This document shows, in pieces, positions 37,647-49,021 of a stretch of 54,368 nt of DNA. Numbering within the stretch: the stretch's first letter is position 1; the number at the start of each line of letters is the position of its first letter. The notes beneath the pieces were generated by a model. That model saw nothing but the letters and a program-made list of their open reading frames with translations, was not told the DNA's origin and searched no databases. The DNA lies in contig CAKPGR010000004.1 in the NCBI GenBank assembly GCA_934155005.1, positions 1 through 54,368 on the forward strand. Reading direction: 5' to 3'. The position numbers and the translations under genes were made by a program. Source of the stretch: an uncultured Bacilli bacterium (GTDB taxonomy: Bacteria; Bacillota_I; Bacilli_A; RF39; UBA660).

Positions 37647-37669
37647 TTTATCACCTTATACATAAAACA

Positions 37670-38266
37670 TCACTTAGTAAATGATGCTTCATAATTATAA
37701 TTATCTCCTTCTTTTGTTATAGTTACAGTCACACTACCAGATTTTGGAATATTAAGATTTGTACTATATTGTGTATTAATTCCAGTAACAATATTTAAAT
37801 CTTTAAGATTATATGTAATACTTTTCTCCTCTTTATCTTTTTTTGCTTTTTTGATTGCTGTTTTTTCTATATATTCATTTACATTTAAATATGCGTTATA
37901 AGTATATTTATAATTTGTTGTTAGAGATTCTGTTTCATCACTAACTTCTGTACATGTAATTAAAACAAAAGCTGTTGTATCATCAAAATATCCTCCATCT
38001 TTTGGATTATCTAACTTATCTTTTAAATAGCCACCATTTTGTAATTCTTTTATACCAACTGTTGTTACACCAACATTGACTTTATCAATATTATCAGTTG
38101 TCCAACTTTTACCAGCTTCTTTTATATTATCCATTTGAGCTTCATAAAGTTGTTTCTTATAATTTTTAATACTAACATATATATTTGGTGTTACAATTAA
38201 TGCAATAACGGATAATATAGCAAGAACTGCTATTAGTTCAATTAAAGTCAAACCTTTTTTATTCAT
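37670..38266 (-). CDS. prepilin-type N-terminal methylation domain protein (type IV pilin-like)
   Basis: MNKKG|LTLIELIAVLAILSVIALIV. Confidence 0.7.
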   Translation of the reverse strand: MNKKGLTLIELIAVLAILSVIALIVTPNIYVSIKNYKKQLYEAQMDNIKEAGKSWTTDNIDKVNVGVTTVGIKELQNGGYLKDKLDNPKDGGYFDDTTAFVLITCTEVSDETESLTTNYKYTYNAYLNVNEYIEKTAIKKAKKDKEEKSITYNLKDLNIVTGINTQYSTNLNIPKSGSVTVTITKEGDNYNYEASFTK

Positions 38267-38268
38267 TA

Positions 38269-39018
38269 TTACACTTCCTTTTTCTTTTGAATATTATAAT
38301 TTATTTTTAATAATAATTTTGTAGGTACTATCTTTGATAATAAAACAAATTTATTTAAGAATCCTGGAATTATTATTAATTTTCTTTTAAACATTTTATC
38401 AATAGCGTATTCAGCTACATATTTACTACTAACTGATTTTACCGAAAATTTAACCTTTGCTACATCATTGAATTCTGTATCAACAGGACCTGGACATAAA
38501 GCCCCTATATAAACATTAGAGCCTTCTTTTCTTAATTCTTCATAAATAGCTTCTGTTAATTTTAAAACATAACCTTTTGTAGCATAATAAGTAGCCATAA
38601 GTGGGCCAGATAGAAAGGCTGCTGATGAAGCTACATTTAATATATAACCAGAATCTTTTTCTTTAAAATCTTTTAAAAATAATTTTGTTAAAATATGAAC
38701 AGCTTTAATATTTGTATCAATCATATCTAATTCTTTATCTAAATTTGTTTCTGTAAACTCTCCAAACATTCCAAATCCTGCATTATTTATTACAATATCA
38801 ATATCTTCTTTTTTTACTTTATTATACAATTTCATACAATTAAAAGTTGAAGATATATCCATATTTATTATAGTAACGTTGGTTGTAAGTTCTTTTTTTA
38901 TTTCTTCTAGTTTCTTTTTTCTTCTTGCTACTAATATTAAATCATATCCCATATCACTTAATATATAAGCCATATCTTTTCCAATTCCAGAAGATGCTCC
39001 TGTTATTAATGCTTTCAT
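38269..39018 (-). CDS. SDR-family oxidoreductase
   Basis: TGASSGIG cofactor motif, NNAG, and a Y-x3-K catalytic pair (YYATK). Confidence 0.8.
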   Translation of the reverse strand: MKALITGASSGIGKDMAYILSDMGYDLILVARRKKKLEEIKKELTTNVTIINMDISSTFNCMKLYNKVKKEDIDIVINNAGFGMFGEFTETNLDKELDMIDTNIKAVHILTKLFLKDFKEKDSGYILNVASSAAFLSGPLMATYYATKGYVLKLTEAIYEELRKEGSNVYIGALCPGPVDTEFNDVAKVKFSVKSVSSKYVAEYAIDKMFKRKLIIIPGFLNKFVLLSKIVPTKLLLKINYNIQKKKEV

Positions 39019-39082
39019 ATTATCACCATTTTAATTATATTAAAATTGACTAGAAAAGTAAAGAAAATATAGTTTTTAAGAA

Positions 39083-39108
39083 CAAAAAAGATGCTTATTT
39101 AGCATCTT
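39083..39108 (-). terminator. rho-independent terminator ending the alpha operon
   Basis: aagatgct (39088-39095) pairs with agcatctt (39101-39108), followed by a U-run on the minus-strand RNA. It overlaps the rplQ stop. Confidence 0.6.
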
Positions 39109-39451
39109 CTTCTACTAATTCTAAGATAACCATTAAAGCATCGTCGCCTCTACGTTCATCTAATTTTGAAATTCTTGTATAACCACCATTACGATTAGCA
39201 TATCTTTTAGCTAAATCATCGAATACTTTTTTAGTAGCTTCTTTATCATTTTGCATAAAAGCTAATGCTTTTCTTCTTGCTACTAATGATCCGTCTTTAC
39301 CATATGAAATCATTTTATCAACAAATTTACGTGCTTCCTTAGCTCTTGGTTCTGTTGTTTCAATTCTTTCATTCATGATTAATTTTCTAGTTAAATTAGC
39401 TAATAAACTTCTTCTATGTTTATTATCACGACCTAATTTTCTATAAGCCAT
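39095..39451 (-). CDS. rplQ: 50S ribosomal protein L17
   Basis: [17 protein letters not shown], in operon position after rpoA. Confidence 0.95.
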   Translation of the reverse strand: MAYRKLGRDNKHRRSLLANLTRKLIMNERIETTEPRAKEARKFVDKMISYGKDGSLVARRKALAFMQNDKEATKKVFDDLAKRYANRNGGYTRISKLDERRGDDALMVILELVEEDAK

Positions 39452-39462
39452 AGTAAACCTCC

Positions 39463-40413
39463 TTAATCTTCATCTCTGAATTTAAGTCCCATATCTTTAA
39501 TCTTATCAATAACTTCTTTTAAAGATTTTTTACCTAAATTTCTTATTTTCATCATTTCTAATTCTGATTTTTCAGTTAAATCACCTAAAGTATTAATACC
39601 TGCTCTTTTTAAGCAATTATAAGCTCTTACAGAAAAATCTAAATCATCAATTGATGTTTCTAGTTTTTTCATTTTTGAATCTTCTTGTTTAGCGCTCATA
39701 ACACCAGTTGTGTCAGCTATTTCACTTAAATTAGTTATTATATTTAAATGTTCTATTAAAATTTTTGAACCTAGTGCTAAAGCCTCTTCTGGTCTAATTG
39801 AACCATTTGTATAAACATTCATAATTAATTTGTCATAATTATCATCTTGTCCTACACGAGCACTTTCAACATCATAACTAATTTTTTCGATTGGAGAATA
39901 TGAAGCGTCAATTGGAATAAATCCTAATTTAGCATTCTCAACAAATTTTTTATTTCCAGATGCTTCAACATATCCCCTACCATTTGCAATAATAAATTCC
40001 ATATCTAATTTACCACCTTTTGAAAGTGTAGCAATTACTTGATCTGGGTTTACTATTTCAATGTCATCTTCGCTAACTATATCAGCAGCTGTAACAACTC
40101 TTTCTTCTGATACAGAAAGATGAGCAGTTACAACTTCATCTGTATTGTTTTTTACAACAACATTTTTTAAATTTAGTACAATTGATGTTACATCTTCAAC
40201 TACACCTTCCATTGTTTGAAATTCGTGCATTACGCCTTCAATTCTTACTGCAACAATAGAACTACCTGGCATACTTGATAGCATAACTCTTCTAAGTGCA
40301 TTTCCTATTGTAATTCCGAAACCTCTTTCCAAAGGTTCTAATTCAAATTTACCATAATTATTATTTTCAACATAATCTGTTATTTTGTATATTGGTTTTT
40401 CAAAGTTTAACAC
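39463..40413 (-). CDS. rpoA: DNA-directed RNA polymerase subunit alpha
   Basis: [11 protein letters not shown] and C-terminal domain [12 protein letters not shown]. Confidence 0.95.
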   Translation of the reverse strand: MLNFEKPIYKITDYVENNNYGKFELEPLERGFGITIGNALRRVMLSSMPGSSIVAVRIEGVMHEFQTMEGVVEDVTSIVLNLKNVVVKNNTDEVVTAHLSVSEERVVTAADIVSEDDIEIVNPDQVIATLSKGGKLDMEFIIANGRGYVEASGNKKFVENAKLGFIPIDASYSPIEKISYDVESARVGQDDNYDKLIMNVYTNGSIRPEEALALGSKILIEHLNIITNLSEIADTTGVMSAKQEDSKMKKLETSIDDLDFSVRAYNCLKRAGINTLGDLTEKSELEMMKIRNLGKKSLKEVIDKIKDMGLKFRDED

Positions 40414-40434
40414 TTTAACACACTCCTTTTCTTA

Positions 40435-40818
40435 TTATCCACGTGGACGTTTTGGTGGACGACATCCATTGTGTGGTACAGGTGTTACATCTGTAATTGA
40501 TAAAACTTCAAGTCCAGCTGTTTGTAATGATCTGATAGCTGTTTCACGACCAGATCCAAGTCCTCTTACAAATACTTCTACTTTTCTCATACCCATATCA
40601 AATGCTGCTTTACCAGCTGCCTCAGCTGACATACCTGCTGCGAATGGAGTTGATTTTTTACTACCTTTAAATCCTAATGTTCCTGCAGAAGCCCAACTTA
40701 TTGCATTTCCTTCAGTATCACTAATAGTTACGATAGTGTTATTGAAAGTTGAATGGATATAAGCTCTACCTTCTGGTACATTCTTTTTAACCTTACGTTT
40801 TCTTGCTTTATAAGCCAT
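40435..40818 (-). CDS. rpsK: 30S ribosomal protein S11
   Basis: [15 protein letters not shown] and [12 protein letters not shown]-like end. Confidence 0.95.
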   Translation of the reverse strand: MAYKARKRKVKKNVPEGRAYIHSTFNNTIVTISDTEGNAISWASAGTLGFKGSKKSTPFAAGMSAEAAGKAAFDMGMRKVEVFVRGLGSGRETAIRSLQTAGLEVLSITDVTPVPHNGCRPPKRPRG

Positions 40819-40841
40819 ACTTATAACCTCCTTATTTAACC

Positions 40842-41207
40842 TTATTTTTTCTTATTAGCGACTGTTTTTCCTTTACCCTTACGAGTTCTAGCATTTCTAT
40901 TAGTTCTTTGACCTCTAACAGGTAATCCTTTTTTATGACGAGTTCCTTGATATGAATTTATTTCCATTTTTGTTTTAATATTCATATTAACTTCTCTTCT
41001 TAAGTCACCTTCGATAGTATATTTATCTAATTGTTCACGAATAACATTTAATTCGTCATTTGATAAATCTTTTGTTCTTCTATTTTCGTCTATTTTAGCA
41101 TCTTTTAAAATTTTGCTTGCTAAGCTTTGTCCTATACCATAAATATAAGTTAATGAAATAACAACTCTTTTATTATCTGGTATATCTACACCTTTAATAC
41201 GTGCCAT
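40842..41207 (-). CDS. rpsM: 30S ribosomal protein S13
   Basis: [19 protein letters not shown]. Confidence 0.95.
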   Translation of the reverse strand: MARIKGVDIPDNKRVVISLTYIYGIGQSLASKILKDAKIDENRRTKDLSNDELNVIREQLDKYTIEGDLRREVNMNIKTKMEINSYQGTRHKKGLPVRGQRTNRNARTRKGKGKTVANKKK

Positions 41208-41221
41208 AAAACACCTCCTAA

Positions 41222-41335
41222 TTAACCTTGTCTTTGTTTATGTTTTGGGTTTTCGCAAATAACCCTAACTTTTCCATTACGTCTAATTATTCTACATTTG
41301 TCACACATTTTTTTGACTGATGCTCTTACTTTCAT
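41222..41335 (-). CDS. rpmJ: 50S ribosomal protein L36 (absent from the ORF track because it is only 37 aa)
   Basis: The reverse complement translates to [37 protein letters not shown] followed by a stop. RBS AGGAGG. Confidence 0.9.
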   Translation of the reverse strand: MKVRASVKKMCDKCRIIRRNGKVRVICENPKHKQRQG

Positions 41336-41360
41336 TTTTATACCTCCTATTTTATAGGTT

Positions 41361-41430
41361 CTCACATATTATTTAAATACTATTAGCCTGTTAAAATGCG
41401 TTCTAAATCGGATTTTAACAGAAATGTGAG
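41361..41430 (-). promoter_or_regulatory. long two-tier hairpin in the infA-rpmJ intergenic region
   Basis: Inner 10-bp stem ctgttaaaat (41388-41397) / attttaacag (41412-41421). Outer 7-bp stem ctcacat (41361-41367) / atgtgag (41424-41430). No U-run follows. Confidence 0.4.
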
Positions 41431-41441
41431 TTTAATAGCAT

Positions 41442-41702
41442 TTACATTTTTCTCCAAGTAATTCTTCCTTTTGTTAAGTCATACTCAGATAATTCCATTA
41501 CTACAGTATCCCCAGATAAAATACGAATATTATTTTGTCTAATTTTTCCAGAAACATGTGCTACAACAATATACTTATTTGGTAATTCAACTCTAAATTG
41601 TCCACCTGGTAAAACTTCTAACACTTTTCCTTCTACCTCAATGGCATTTTTAGGTTTCTTTTCTTGAATTGTTGTTTGCTTTTTAATTTGTTTTTTTGGC
41701 AT
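41442..41702 (-). CDS. infA: translation initiation factor IF-1 (with a Lys-rich N-terminal extension)
   Basis: S1-like core [20 protein letters not shown]...[21 protein letters not shown]. Confidence 0.9.
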   Translation of the reverse strand: MPKKQIKKQTTIQEKKPKNAIEVEGKVLEVLPGGQFRVELPNKYIVVAHVSGKIRQNNIRILSGDTVVMELSEYDLTKGRITWRKM

Positions 41703-41706
41703 ATTT

Positions 41707-42453
41707 TCACCTCTTTGTCAAAATTGTATACCCATCTTTTGTTACTAAAACTGTATGTTCATAGTGTGCTGATGGTAAATCATCAGCTGTAACTATTGTC
41801 CAATCATCATCTAATATAAATACATCAGCTGTTCCCATATTTAACATTGGTTCAACTGCAATAACCATTCCTTCTTTTAAAAGTGGTCCTGTTCCTTTTT
41901 TTCCATAATTAGGAACATCAGGTTCTTCATGAACTTGACTACCAACACCATGACCTACTAATTCTTTTACTACACCTAAATTATGTTTTTTAGCAAAAGT
42001 TTCAACAGCATATCCTATATCACCAACATGAGCTCCATCTTTAATAACTGATAATCCTTCAAACAAAGCACTTTCTGTATTTTTAAGTAATTCTTTTTTA
42101 GCATCACTTATTTCACCAACTGGATACGTCCATGCTGAATCACCATGATATCCTTTATAACAAGCACCTATATCCAAAGTTACTACATCTCCATTTTTAA
42201 GTTTTCTATTTCCTGGAATACCATGAACTACTTCTTCATTAACTGAAATACAAATAGATCCTGGAAAACCATATAAACCTTTAAACGAAGCTGTCGCACC
42301 TTGTGATATGATATAATCTTCTGCTAATTTATCTAATTCTTTTGTTGTTATTCCAGGTTTAATAAATTTTTCAACATAATGATGTGTTTTCCCAACTATC
42401 TCCCCTGCTTTTTTTAACAACTCAATCTCACGTTCTGATTTTATACTAATCAT
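41707..42453 (-). CDS. map: type I methionine aminopeptidase
   Basis: Metal-binding pattern (D..D, H, E, E), VGHGVG and [11 protein letters not shown] stop. Confidence 0.9.
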   Translation of the reverse strand: MISIKSEREIELLKKAGEIVGKTHHYVEKFIKPGITTKELDKLAEDYIISQGATASFKGLYGFPGSICISVNEEVVHGIPGNRKLKNGDVVTLDIGACYKGYHGDSAWTYPVGEISDAKKELLKNTESALFEGLSVIKDGAHVGDIGYAVETFAKKHNLGVVKELVGHGVGSQVHEEPDVPNYGKKGTGPLLKEGMVIAVEPMLNMGTADVFILDDDWTIVTADDLPSAHYEHTVLVTKDGYTILTKR

Positions 42454-43072
42454 TGATATTCACTATCTTTTCTATTTGTTTAAAAACATCTATTGTATCT
42501 AATGAACTATCTACTTCATAAAGAAGTCCCTTATTCTTATAAAATTCGATAATTGGTTTTGTTTCTTGATCATAAATTTTAAATCTTTTTTCAAATGTTT
42601 CCAATGTATCATCTGTTCTTTTTTCTAAAACTAAATCACATTTATCGCAAATGTTACTTACTTGACTATTATAAACTTTACCACAACTAGGACAAACAAG
42701 TCTATTTTCAATTCTTTTTATAGCTTGTTCTTTTTCTATATTTAAATAAATAACATAATCTATTTTCTTATTTATATTTATAAGTAATTCATCAAATAAT
42801 TTAGCTTGTTCAATATTTCTAGGAAATCCATCAAATATATAATTTCCACTATTTTCCATTTTTTTAGAAATCAATTTCATGATTAAATCGTTATCAATAA
42901 ATAATCCCTTATCCATTTTTTCTTTTATCTCTTTTGATAGTGGACTATTTTCTTTAACAATTTCTCTTAATAAATCCCCAGTTGAAATATGTTCCATATT
43001 ATATTTTTCACATATAAGTGCTGATTGCGTTCCTTTTCCAGCAGCAGGAGGAGCGATAAGAATAATGTTCAT
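42446..43072 (-). CDS. adk: adenylate kinase (zinc-lid type)
   Basis: P-loop APPAAGKGTQ and lid cysteines CPSCG...CDKCD. Confidence 0.9.
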   Translation of the reverse strand: MNIILIAPPAAGKGTQSALICEKYNMEHISTGDLLREIVKENSPLSKEIKEKMDKGLFIDNDLIMKLISKKMENSGNYIFDGFPRNIEQAKLFDELLININKKIDYVIYLNIEKEQAIKRIENRLVCPSCGKVYNSQVSNICDKCDLVLEKRTDDTLETFEKRFKIYDQETKPIIEFYKNKGLLYEVDSSLDTIDVFKQIEKIVNIND

Positions 43073-44349
43073 TATCTTCTCCTTGTACTTCTACTTCTTG
43101 AAAATTTACGAGTAACTAATTCACTATCAAGTTTTTTATATGTTTCAAGAGCAACTCCTACAACAATTAAAAGTCCAGTACCACCAACTCTAACACTTGA
43201 AGGTAATCCTGTAACTGCTCCAAATACAATTGGTAAAGCAGCTATAACAGCTAAACTTAAAGCACCTACTGTTGTAATTCTCTTTAAAACTTTTGAAATA
43301 TAATTTGTTGTTTCTTCTCCTGGTCTTATTCCTGGAATAAAACCACCATTTTTTGTTAAATTTTCTGCTAACTCTTTTGGTTTTAATTGTAAAAATGTAT
43401 AAAAATAAGAGAAAGCAAAAATACATAAGATATAAATTATAAATCCAACAACAGTATCTGTTGTTAAATATTTACTTACAAATAAAGTAAATGATTCATT
43501 TTTTATAAAACTTGATATTAATCCTGGAACAGAAATCAATGCAGCTGCAAATATAACTGGAATGACACCTGATGAATTTAATTTGAAAGGTATATAACTT
43601 TGTCTACTATTTGCTGAATTTGTTTTATTTGCATATTGAATTGGAATTCTTCTTTCTGCTGTTTCTACATAAACAACGCCTAGAATAATTGCTATATAAA
43701 CAAGTACAAATAATATAAATTTAGTTATTCCAAAAGCAACAACTTGTGTACTTCCATCTACTACAAAATTATTCCATGCCGTTACAAACGAACTTGGAAG
43801 TGATGATATAATACCAGCCATGATGATTAAGGAAATACCATTTCCAACACCTTTTGTAGTTATTTGATCACCTATCCAAAGTAATAATGAAGTTCCAGCA
43901 GTTAAGAATAAGGCAAATGTCATATAATCAATTGCACTTCCATTTGAAACAAATGCAAATGAGAACATATAACCTTGAATAAAGGCTAATGCTATACCTG
44001 TATATCTAGTTATTTGGTTTATCTTAGCTCTTCCAGTTCCACCTTGTTTATTTAATTCAGCTAAATATGGAATGATATCCATTGATAATAATTGAATAAT
44101 GATTGATGCAGTAATATATGGAGTAACACCAAGAGCAAAAATTGAAAATTGTTCTAGAGCTCCACCACCCATCATATTCATTAATCCAAGAATTCCTAGG
44201 TTATCAGTTCCAATACTTGTTTTATCTATACCTGGAACAACTATTGCTGTTCCTAATTTAAATACAAATAAACATAAGAATGTAAAATAAATTTTATTTC
44301 TTAAATCTTTATTTGCGGGATTAAATATTTGCTTAAAGTTTGCAAACAC
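43072..44349 (-). CDS. secY: preprotein translocase subunit SecY
   Basis: A 10-TM protein with typical SecY sequence, in operon position. Confidence 0.95.
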   Translation of the reverse strand: MFANFKQIFNPANKDLRNKIYFTFLCLFVFKLGTAIVVPGIDKTSIGTDNLGILGLMNMMGGGALEQFSIFALGVTPYITASIIIQLLSMDIIPYLAELNKQGGTGRAKINQITRYTGIALAFIQGYMFSFAFVSNGSAIDYMTFALFLTAGTSLLLWIGDQITTKGVGNGISLIIMAGIISSLPSSFVTAWNNFVVDGSTQVVAFGITKFILFVLVYIAIILGVVYVETAERRIPIQYANKTNSANSRQSYIPFKLNSSGVIPVIFAAALISVPGLISSFIKNESFTLFVSKYLTTDTVVGFIIYILCIFAFSYFYTFLQLKPKELAENLTKNGGFIPGIRPGEETTNYISKVLKRITTVGALSLAVIAALPIVFGAVTGLPSSVRVGGTGLLIVVGVALETYKKLDSELVTRKFSRSRSTRRR

Positions 44350-44350
44350 T

Positions 44351-44794
44351 TTAAATCACCTCTGCTTTTCCACCTATTGTTTCTATTGCTTCCTTAGCTG
44401 TTTTAGAAAATTTATTAGCTTTAACAGTTAATTTCTTTTCTAATTTACCTTCACCTAATATTTTAACACCATCTAATTGATTTTTTAAAATTCCCATATC
44501 TTTTAATAATTCTGGTGTAATTACAGCACCATCTTCAAATCTATTTAAATCACTTAAATTTAAAACTGCATAAGTAGTTTTGAATCTTGCATTTGTAAAA
44601 CCTCTTTTTGGAATTCTTCTGAATAATGGTAATTGTCCACCTTCAAATCCAGGTCTTACTCCTCCACCACTTCTTGAGTTTTGTCCTTTTTGTCCTTTAC
44701 CACTTGTTTTACCTAAACCACTTCCAGCACCACGTCCAACTCTTTTACGAGTTTTTACAGCACCGTCATTTGGATAAATTGTATGTAATTTCAT
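44351..44794 (-). CDS. rplO: 50S ribosomal protein L15
   Basis: Gly/Arg-rich N-terminus [17 protein letters not shown]. Confidence 0.95.
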   Translation of the reverse strand: MKLHTIYPNDGAVKTRKRVGRGAGSGLGKTSGKGQKGQNSRSGGGVRPGFEGGQLPLFRRIPKRGFTNARFKTTYAVLNLSDLNRFEDGAVITPELLKDMGILKNQLDGVKILGEGKLEKKLTVKANKFSKTAKEAIETIGGKAEVI

Positions 44795-45297
44795 TAAATC
44801 TCCTCTACTTTCTTACCACGAAGTCTAGCAACTTCTTCGATAGATTTTTGTGATTTTAATGCTTCTAATGTAGCATAGGCCATATTAATTTTAGTATTTG
44901 AACCAAGTGATTTTGATAAGATATCTTTAACTCCAACAAGTTCTAGTACAGCTCTAACTGGTCCACCAGCTTTTACTCCTGTACCTTTAACAGCTGGTTT
45001 AAGTAATACACGGCTTGCACTTCTTACACCAATTGCTTCATGAGAAATAGTTCTATTATCAACTAATGGGATTTTTACAATATTCTTTGTGGCAGCTGCA
45101 GTAGCTTTTTTGATTGCATCTGGTACTTCATTTGCTTTACCTGTACCTAGACCAACTTTACCTTTTCTATCACCAACAACTACTGTTGCTGAGAAACGGA
45201 AATGGCGACCACCTTTTGTTACTTTTGTAACTCTACCAATGCTGATTACTTGATCATCATATAATTTTGGGCGTGGTTCTCTTCTTCTAGTTTCCAT
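44794..45297 (-). CDS. rpsE: 30S ribosomal protein S5
   Basis: VTKGGR.F.F.A.VVVGD..G.VG.G.GKA. Confidence 0.95.
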   Translation of the reverse strand: METRRREPRPKLYDDQVISIGRVTKVTKGGRHFRFSATVVVGDRKGKVGLGTGKANEVPDAIKKATAAATKNIVKIPLVDNRTISHEAIGVRSASRVLLKPAVKGTGVKAGGPVRAVLELVGVKDILSKSLGSNTKINMAYATLEALKSQKSIEEVARLRGKKVEEI

Positions 45298-45310
45298 AAA
45301 TACCCTCCTT

Positions 45311-45673
45311 TTAGAATTCTAATCCGTTTTCACGTGCTGCATCAGCTAATGCTTTTACACGACCATGATATAGGTATCCACCTCTATCAAAAACGACTTT
45401 TTCTATTTTTTCTTTTTTAGCTCTTTTAGCTAATAATTCTCCAACTTTAACAGCGGCTTCTACATTACCACCATTTTCTAATTTTAACTCTTTATCTATT
45501 GATGAAGCATTTACTAATGTAATTCCTTTTTCATCATCGATAATTTGAGCAAAAATATTTGAATTCGATCTAAACACATTAAGTCTTGGAATACTTGTTG
45601 TACCAACAATTTTATTTCTAACACGTGTATGTCTAGATTTACGTACTTCATTACGATTTATTTTCTTAATCAT
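45311..45673 (-). CDS. rplR: 50S ribosomal protein L18
   Basis: [15 protein letters not shown] and [22 protein letters not shown]. Confidence 0.95.
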   Translation of the reverse strand: MIKKINRNEVRKSRHTRVRNKIVGTTSIPRLNVFRSNSNIFAQIIDDEKGITLVNASSIDKELKLENGGNVEAAVKVGELLAKRAKKEKIEKVVFDRGGYLYHGRVKALADAARENGLEF

Positions 45674-45699
45674 AATTTACTCTCCTTTACTAAATTACA

Positions 45700-46230
45700 T
45701 TATGCTGCTTTCTTTCCTTCTTTACGACGAATATGTTCATCTTTATAACGAATACCTTTACCTTTGTATGGTTCTGGTTGTCTTATTTTTCTAATATTTG
45801 CAGCAAATTCACCAACAAGACATTTATCAGTTCCTTTTATTGTTAATTCTGTATTACTTGGAGATTCAACAGTTAATCCGTTTGGAACTTCAACAATAAC
45901 TGGATGTGAATAACCAGCATTTACTGTTATTTTATTTCCACTAACTGTAAAACGATATCCAACTCCTACAGCTTCTAAGTTTTTTTCATAACCTTCTGTT
46001 ACACCAATAATCATGTTTTTGATATTAGCATTTGCTGTACCATGGAAATTTTTATACAAATCATTGTTTCTTTCAACAACAACTGTATTATCTTTTACTG
46101 ATACAGTAATATTTTCATTTACTTCAGTAGAAAGTTCACCTTTAGGTCCTTTTACTGAAACTTTTTTACCATCAACAGTTACTGTAACATTTTCAGGTAT
46201 TGTTAATATTCTATTACCTATACGGCTCAT
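45700..46230 (-). CDS. rplF: 50S ribosomal protein L6
   Basis: MSRIGN..I.IP..V, PEPYKGKGIRY. Confidence 0.95.
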   Translation of the reverse strand: MSRIGNRILTIPENVTVTVDGKKVSVKGPKGELSTEVNENITVSVKDNTVVVERNNDLYKNFHGTANANIKNMIIGVTEGYEKNLEAVGVGYRFTVSGNKITVNAGYSHPVIVEVPNGLTVESPSNTELTIKGTDKCLVGEFAANIRKIRQPEPYKGKGIRYKDEHIRRKEGKKAA

Positions 46231-46243
46231 AAAATCTTCCTTT

Positions 46244-46636
46244 CTACCAAATGTAAGCTAAAACTTCTCCACCTAATGATTGTTTTCTAGCTTCTTTATC
46301 AGTCATAATACCTTTTGAAGTAGAAACAATGGCGATTCCAAGTCCATTTAATACTTTTGGAACTTCATCGTTTTTAGCATATACACGTAATCCTGGTTTT
46401 GAAATTCTTTTAAGTCCAGTGATTACTCTTTCTTTATTTTGTCCATATTTTAAGTTAAGAACGATTGTATTTTGCACACTATTTTCTTTTACTTTATAGT
46501 CTACTATAAATCCTTCTTCTTTTAATATTCTTGCAATTTCCAATTTTATTTTAGAAGCGGGTACTTCTACTTCTTTATATCTCATACTATTAGCATTACG
46601 TATTCTAGTAAGCATGTCTGCAATTGGATCTGTCAT
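46244..46636 (-). CDS. rpsH: 30S ribosomal protein S8
   Basis: [24 protein letters not shown]. Confidence 0.95.
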   Translation of the reverse strand: MTDPIADMLTRIRNANSMRYKEVEVPASKIKLEIARILKEEGFIVDYKVKENSVQNTIVLNLKYGQNKERVITGLKRISKPGLRVYAKNDEVPKVLNGLGIAIVSTSKGIMTDKEARKQSLGGEVLAYIW

Positions 46637-46655
46637 GAATTCTTCCTCCCTTCGT

Positions 46656-46841
46656 CTACCAACTTGATTTGGTTACACCTGGTATTTGTCCTTTATAAGC
46701 TAATTCTCTAAAGCAAATACGACAAATTCCATATTTTTTAAGTACTGAATGAGGTCTACCACATCTTGTACAACGAGTATATTCACGTACTTTAAATTTT
46801 TGTTTTCTTGATTGTTTAACAATCATACTTTTTTTAGCCAT
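46656..46841 (-). CDS. rpsN: 30S ribosomal protein S14 type Z (zinc-binding, 61 aa)
   Basis: CTRCGRP...CRIC, ending KSSW. Confidence 0.95.
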   Translation of the reverse strand: MAKKSMIVKQSRKQKFKVREYTRCTRCGRPHSVLKKYGICRICFRELAYKGQIPGVTKSSW

Positions 46842-46859
46842 AAATTCCTCCTATTTAAG

Positions 46860-47399
46860 TTACTTTTTAAATGGCATACCGAAACCTTTTAAAAGAGATA
46901 ATGCTTCTTCGTTTGTTTTTGCTGTTGTTACAAAAACAATATCCATTCCACGAACTTTAACAACATTATCATAAACAATTTCTGAGAAAATTAATTGTTC
47001 ATTTAAACCTAATGTATAATTACCTCTACCATCAAATGATTTTGGTGAAATACCTCTAAAGTCCCTTACACGAGGTAATGTAATACTAATTAATTTGTCT
47101 AAGAAGTTATACATATTTTCCCCTCTTAAAGTTACTTTACATCCGATTCCTTGTCCTTCTCTTATTTTGAATCCAGCGATAGCTTTTTTAGCTTTTGTTA
47201 CAACTGCTTTTTGTCCAGTTATAGCTTCTAAATCTGCTACTGCTGCTTCTAATAATTTAGAGTTTGATGCTCCATCACCAACACCCATATTAACAACAAT
47301 TTTTTCTAAACGTGGTACTTCCATTATATTTTTATATTCAAATTCTTTTTCTAAGTTTGGTATAATTTCCTCATTATATTTTGCTTTTAGGCGGTTCAT
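46860..47399 (-). CDS. rplE: 50S ribosomal protein L5
   Basis: Typical L5 sequence ([18 protein letters not shown]), in operon position. Confidence 0.95.
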   Translation of the reverse strand: MNRLKAKYNEEIIPNLEKEFEYKNIMEVPRLEKIVVNMGVGDGASNSKLLEAAVADLEAITGQKAVVTKAKKAIAGFKIREGQGIGCKVTLRGENMYNFLDKLISITLPRVRDFRGISPKSFDGRGNYTLGLNEQLIFSEIVYDNVVKVRGMDIVFVTTAKTNEEALSLLKGFGMPFKK

Positions 47400-47416
47400 A
47401 TATACCCTCCTTCCAA

Positions 47417-47725
47417 TTAATCAAGGTTAGAATTAGATTTTTTTGAAACTCTAATTTTCTTACCATTTTTATCTATATTATGTCCTACTCTGGTACCTTT
47501 TTTTGTTTTTGGATCTACTATCATTACATTTGATGCATGAATTGGCATTTCCATTTCAACTATACTTCCTGATTCTTGTCCATTAGGTTTAACATGTTTT
47601 TTAGCAATGTTTATACCTTCTACAACAACTTTATTTTCATCTCTTAGTACTTTGTTGATTTTTCCTTCTTTACCTTTGTCTTTACCAGCTATGACAACAA
47701 CTTTATCTCCTGTTTTTAATTTCAT
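47417..47725 (-). CDS. rplX: 50S ribosomal protein L24
   Basis: [19 protein letters not shown]. The start was moved to ATG 47725, behind GAGGAGGA; the longer ORF would overlap rplN. Confidence 0.9.
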   Translation of the reverse strand: MKLKTGDKVVVIAGKDKGKEGKINKVLRDENKVVVEGINIAKKHVKPNGQESGSIVEMEMPIHASNVMIVDPKTKKGTRVGHNIDKNGKKIRVSKKSNSNLD

Positions 47726-47744
47726 GTTATCCTCCTCTAGAAAG

Positions 47745-48113
47745 CTATAACACTTCTTTTGCAAGTGATACAATTTTCATAAAATTCTTATCACGTAATT
47801 CACGTGCAACTGGTCCAAATACACGAGTTCCAACTGGGCTCTTATCATCTTTAATTATAACGCAAGCATTATCATCAAATTTTATATAAGATCCGTCTTC
47901 TCTTCTTAGACCAAATTTACTTCTAACAATAACAGCCTTTACAACTTTACCTTTTGCAACTGTCCCGTTAGGAGTAGCTTTTTTTACTGTTACAACTACA
48001 GTATCTCCAATATTACCGAATTTAACTTTACTTCCACCAAGAACACGTATAACACTAACTTCACGAGCTCCTGAATTGTCAGCAACTTTTAAACGGCTTT
48101 CTTGTTGAATCAT
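47745..48113 (-). CDS. rplN: 50S ribosomal protein L14
   Basis: [18 protein letters not shown]. Confidence 0.95.
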   Translation of the reverse strand: MIQQESRLKVADNSGAREVSVIRVLGGSKVKFGNIGDTVVVTVKKATPNGTVAKGKVVKAVIVRSKFGLRREDGSYIKFDDNACVIIKDDKSPVGTRVFGPVARELRDKNFMKIVSLAKEVL

Positions 48114-48139
48114 ATATTGATCCTCCTCCCAGTTTTCAA

Positions 48140-48397
48140 TTATAAGATAATTGCTTTTTCTACTATTTCAACTAAACGGAAATGTTTATTTTTTGATAAT
48201 GGTCTTGTTTCTGCTATACGAACAACATCACCAATTTTAGCTTCATTTTTTTCATCATGAGCAGCATATTTTTTTGAAGATTTAACTCTTTTTCCATATA
48301 GTGGGTCTTTTTTGTAAGTTTCAACTAAAACAGTAATTGTTTTATCATTTTTGTTGCTTACAACTTTACCAACTAATTCACGATTAGTTTTTATCAT
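48140..48397 (-). CDS. rpsQ: 30S ribosomal protein S17
   Basis: [24 protein letters not shown]. Confidence 0.95.
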   Translation of the reverse strand: MIKTNRELVGKVVSNKNDKTITVLVETYKKDPLYGKRVKSSKKYAAHDEKNEAKIGDVVRIAETRPLSKNKHFRLVEIVEKAIIL

Positions 48398-48600
48398 TAG
48401 TTACCCTCCTTATTTAGTTCACGTTCTCTTAAAATTGTTTTCATACGTGCAACTAATTTTCTAAGTTCATTAATTCTTGAAGGTTTTTCAAGATTACCAG
48501 TAGCTTGACTAAAACGTAAGTTAAATAATTCTTCTTTATATTCTTCGATTTTTTTATTTATTTCTTCATTAGATAATTCACGAATTTCTTTATTAGTCAT
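48397..48600 (-). CDS. rpmC: 50S ribosomal protein L29
   Basis: [15 protein letters not shown]. The start is at ATG 48600. Confidence 0.9.
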   Translation of the reverse strand: MTNKEIRELSNEEINKKIEEYKEELFNLRFSQATGNLEKPSRINELRKLVARMKTILRERELNKEGN

Positions 48601-49021
48601 TAGTCTCACCACTTTCTTTCTTTACAAATTTACATTTAATTGGAAGTTTATGCATAGCAAGTCTTAAAGCTTCACGAGCTGTTGCTTCATCAACACCAGA
48701 TACTTCAAACATAATTTTTCCTTTTTTTACTACTGCTACCCATTTTTCAGGTTGACCTTTACCTTTACCCATACGAGTTTCTAATGGAATTTTAGTTAAT
48801 GATAAGTGTGGAAATATATTTCTATAAACTTTTCCACCACGTTTCATATAACGAGTCATAGCAACACGAGCAGCTTCTATTTGATTTTGTGTAATCCAAG
48901 CTCCTTCCATTGCTTGTAAACCATATTCTCCAAAATGAAGTTCTGTATTTCCTCTTGATACACCATCATAACGTAAACGGTGTGGTCTTCTATATTTAGT
49001 TCTTTTTGGTACTAGTGCCAT
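48593..49021 (-). CDS. rplP: 50S ribosomal protein L16
   Basis: [17 protein letters not shown]. Confidence 0.95.
   Translation of the reverse strand: MALVPKRTKYRRPHRLRYDGVSRGNTELHFGEYGLQAMEGAWITQNQIEAARVAMTRYMKRGGKVYRNIFPHLSLTKIPLETRMGKGKGQPEKWVAVVKKGKIMFEVSGVDEATAREALRLAMHKLPIKCKFVKKESGETND

Noticed and set aside
37279-37665. A 128-aa hydrophobic + strand ORF exactly antisense to the 118-aa prepilin gene.
   Set aside because: The minus-strand frame carries a textbook prepilin leader and an RBS. The + strand frame is the typical hydrophobic mirror of an AT-rich coding region.
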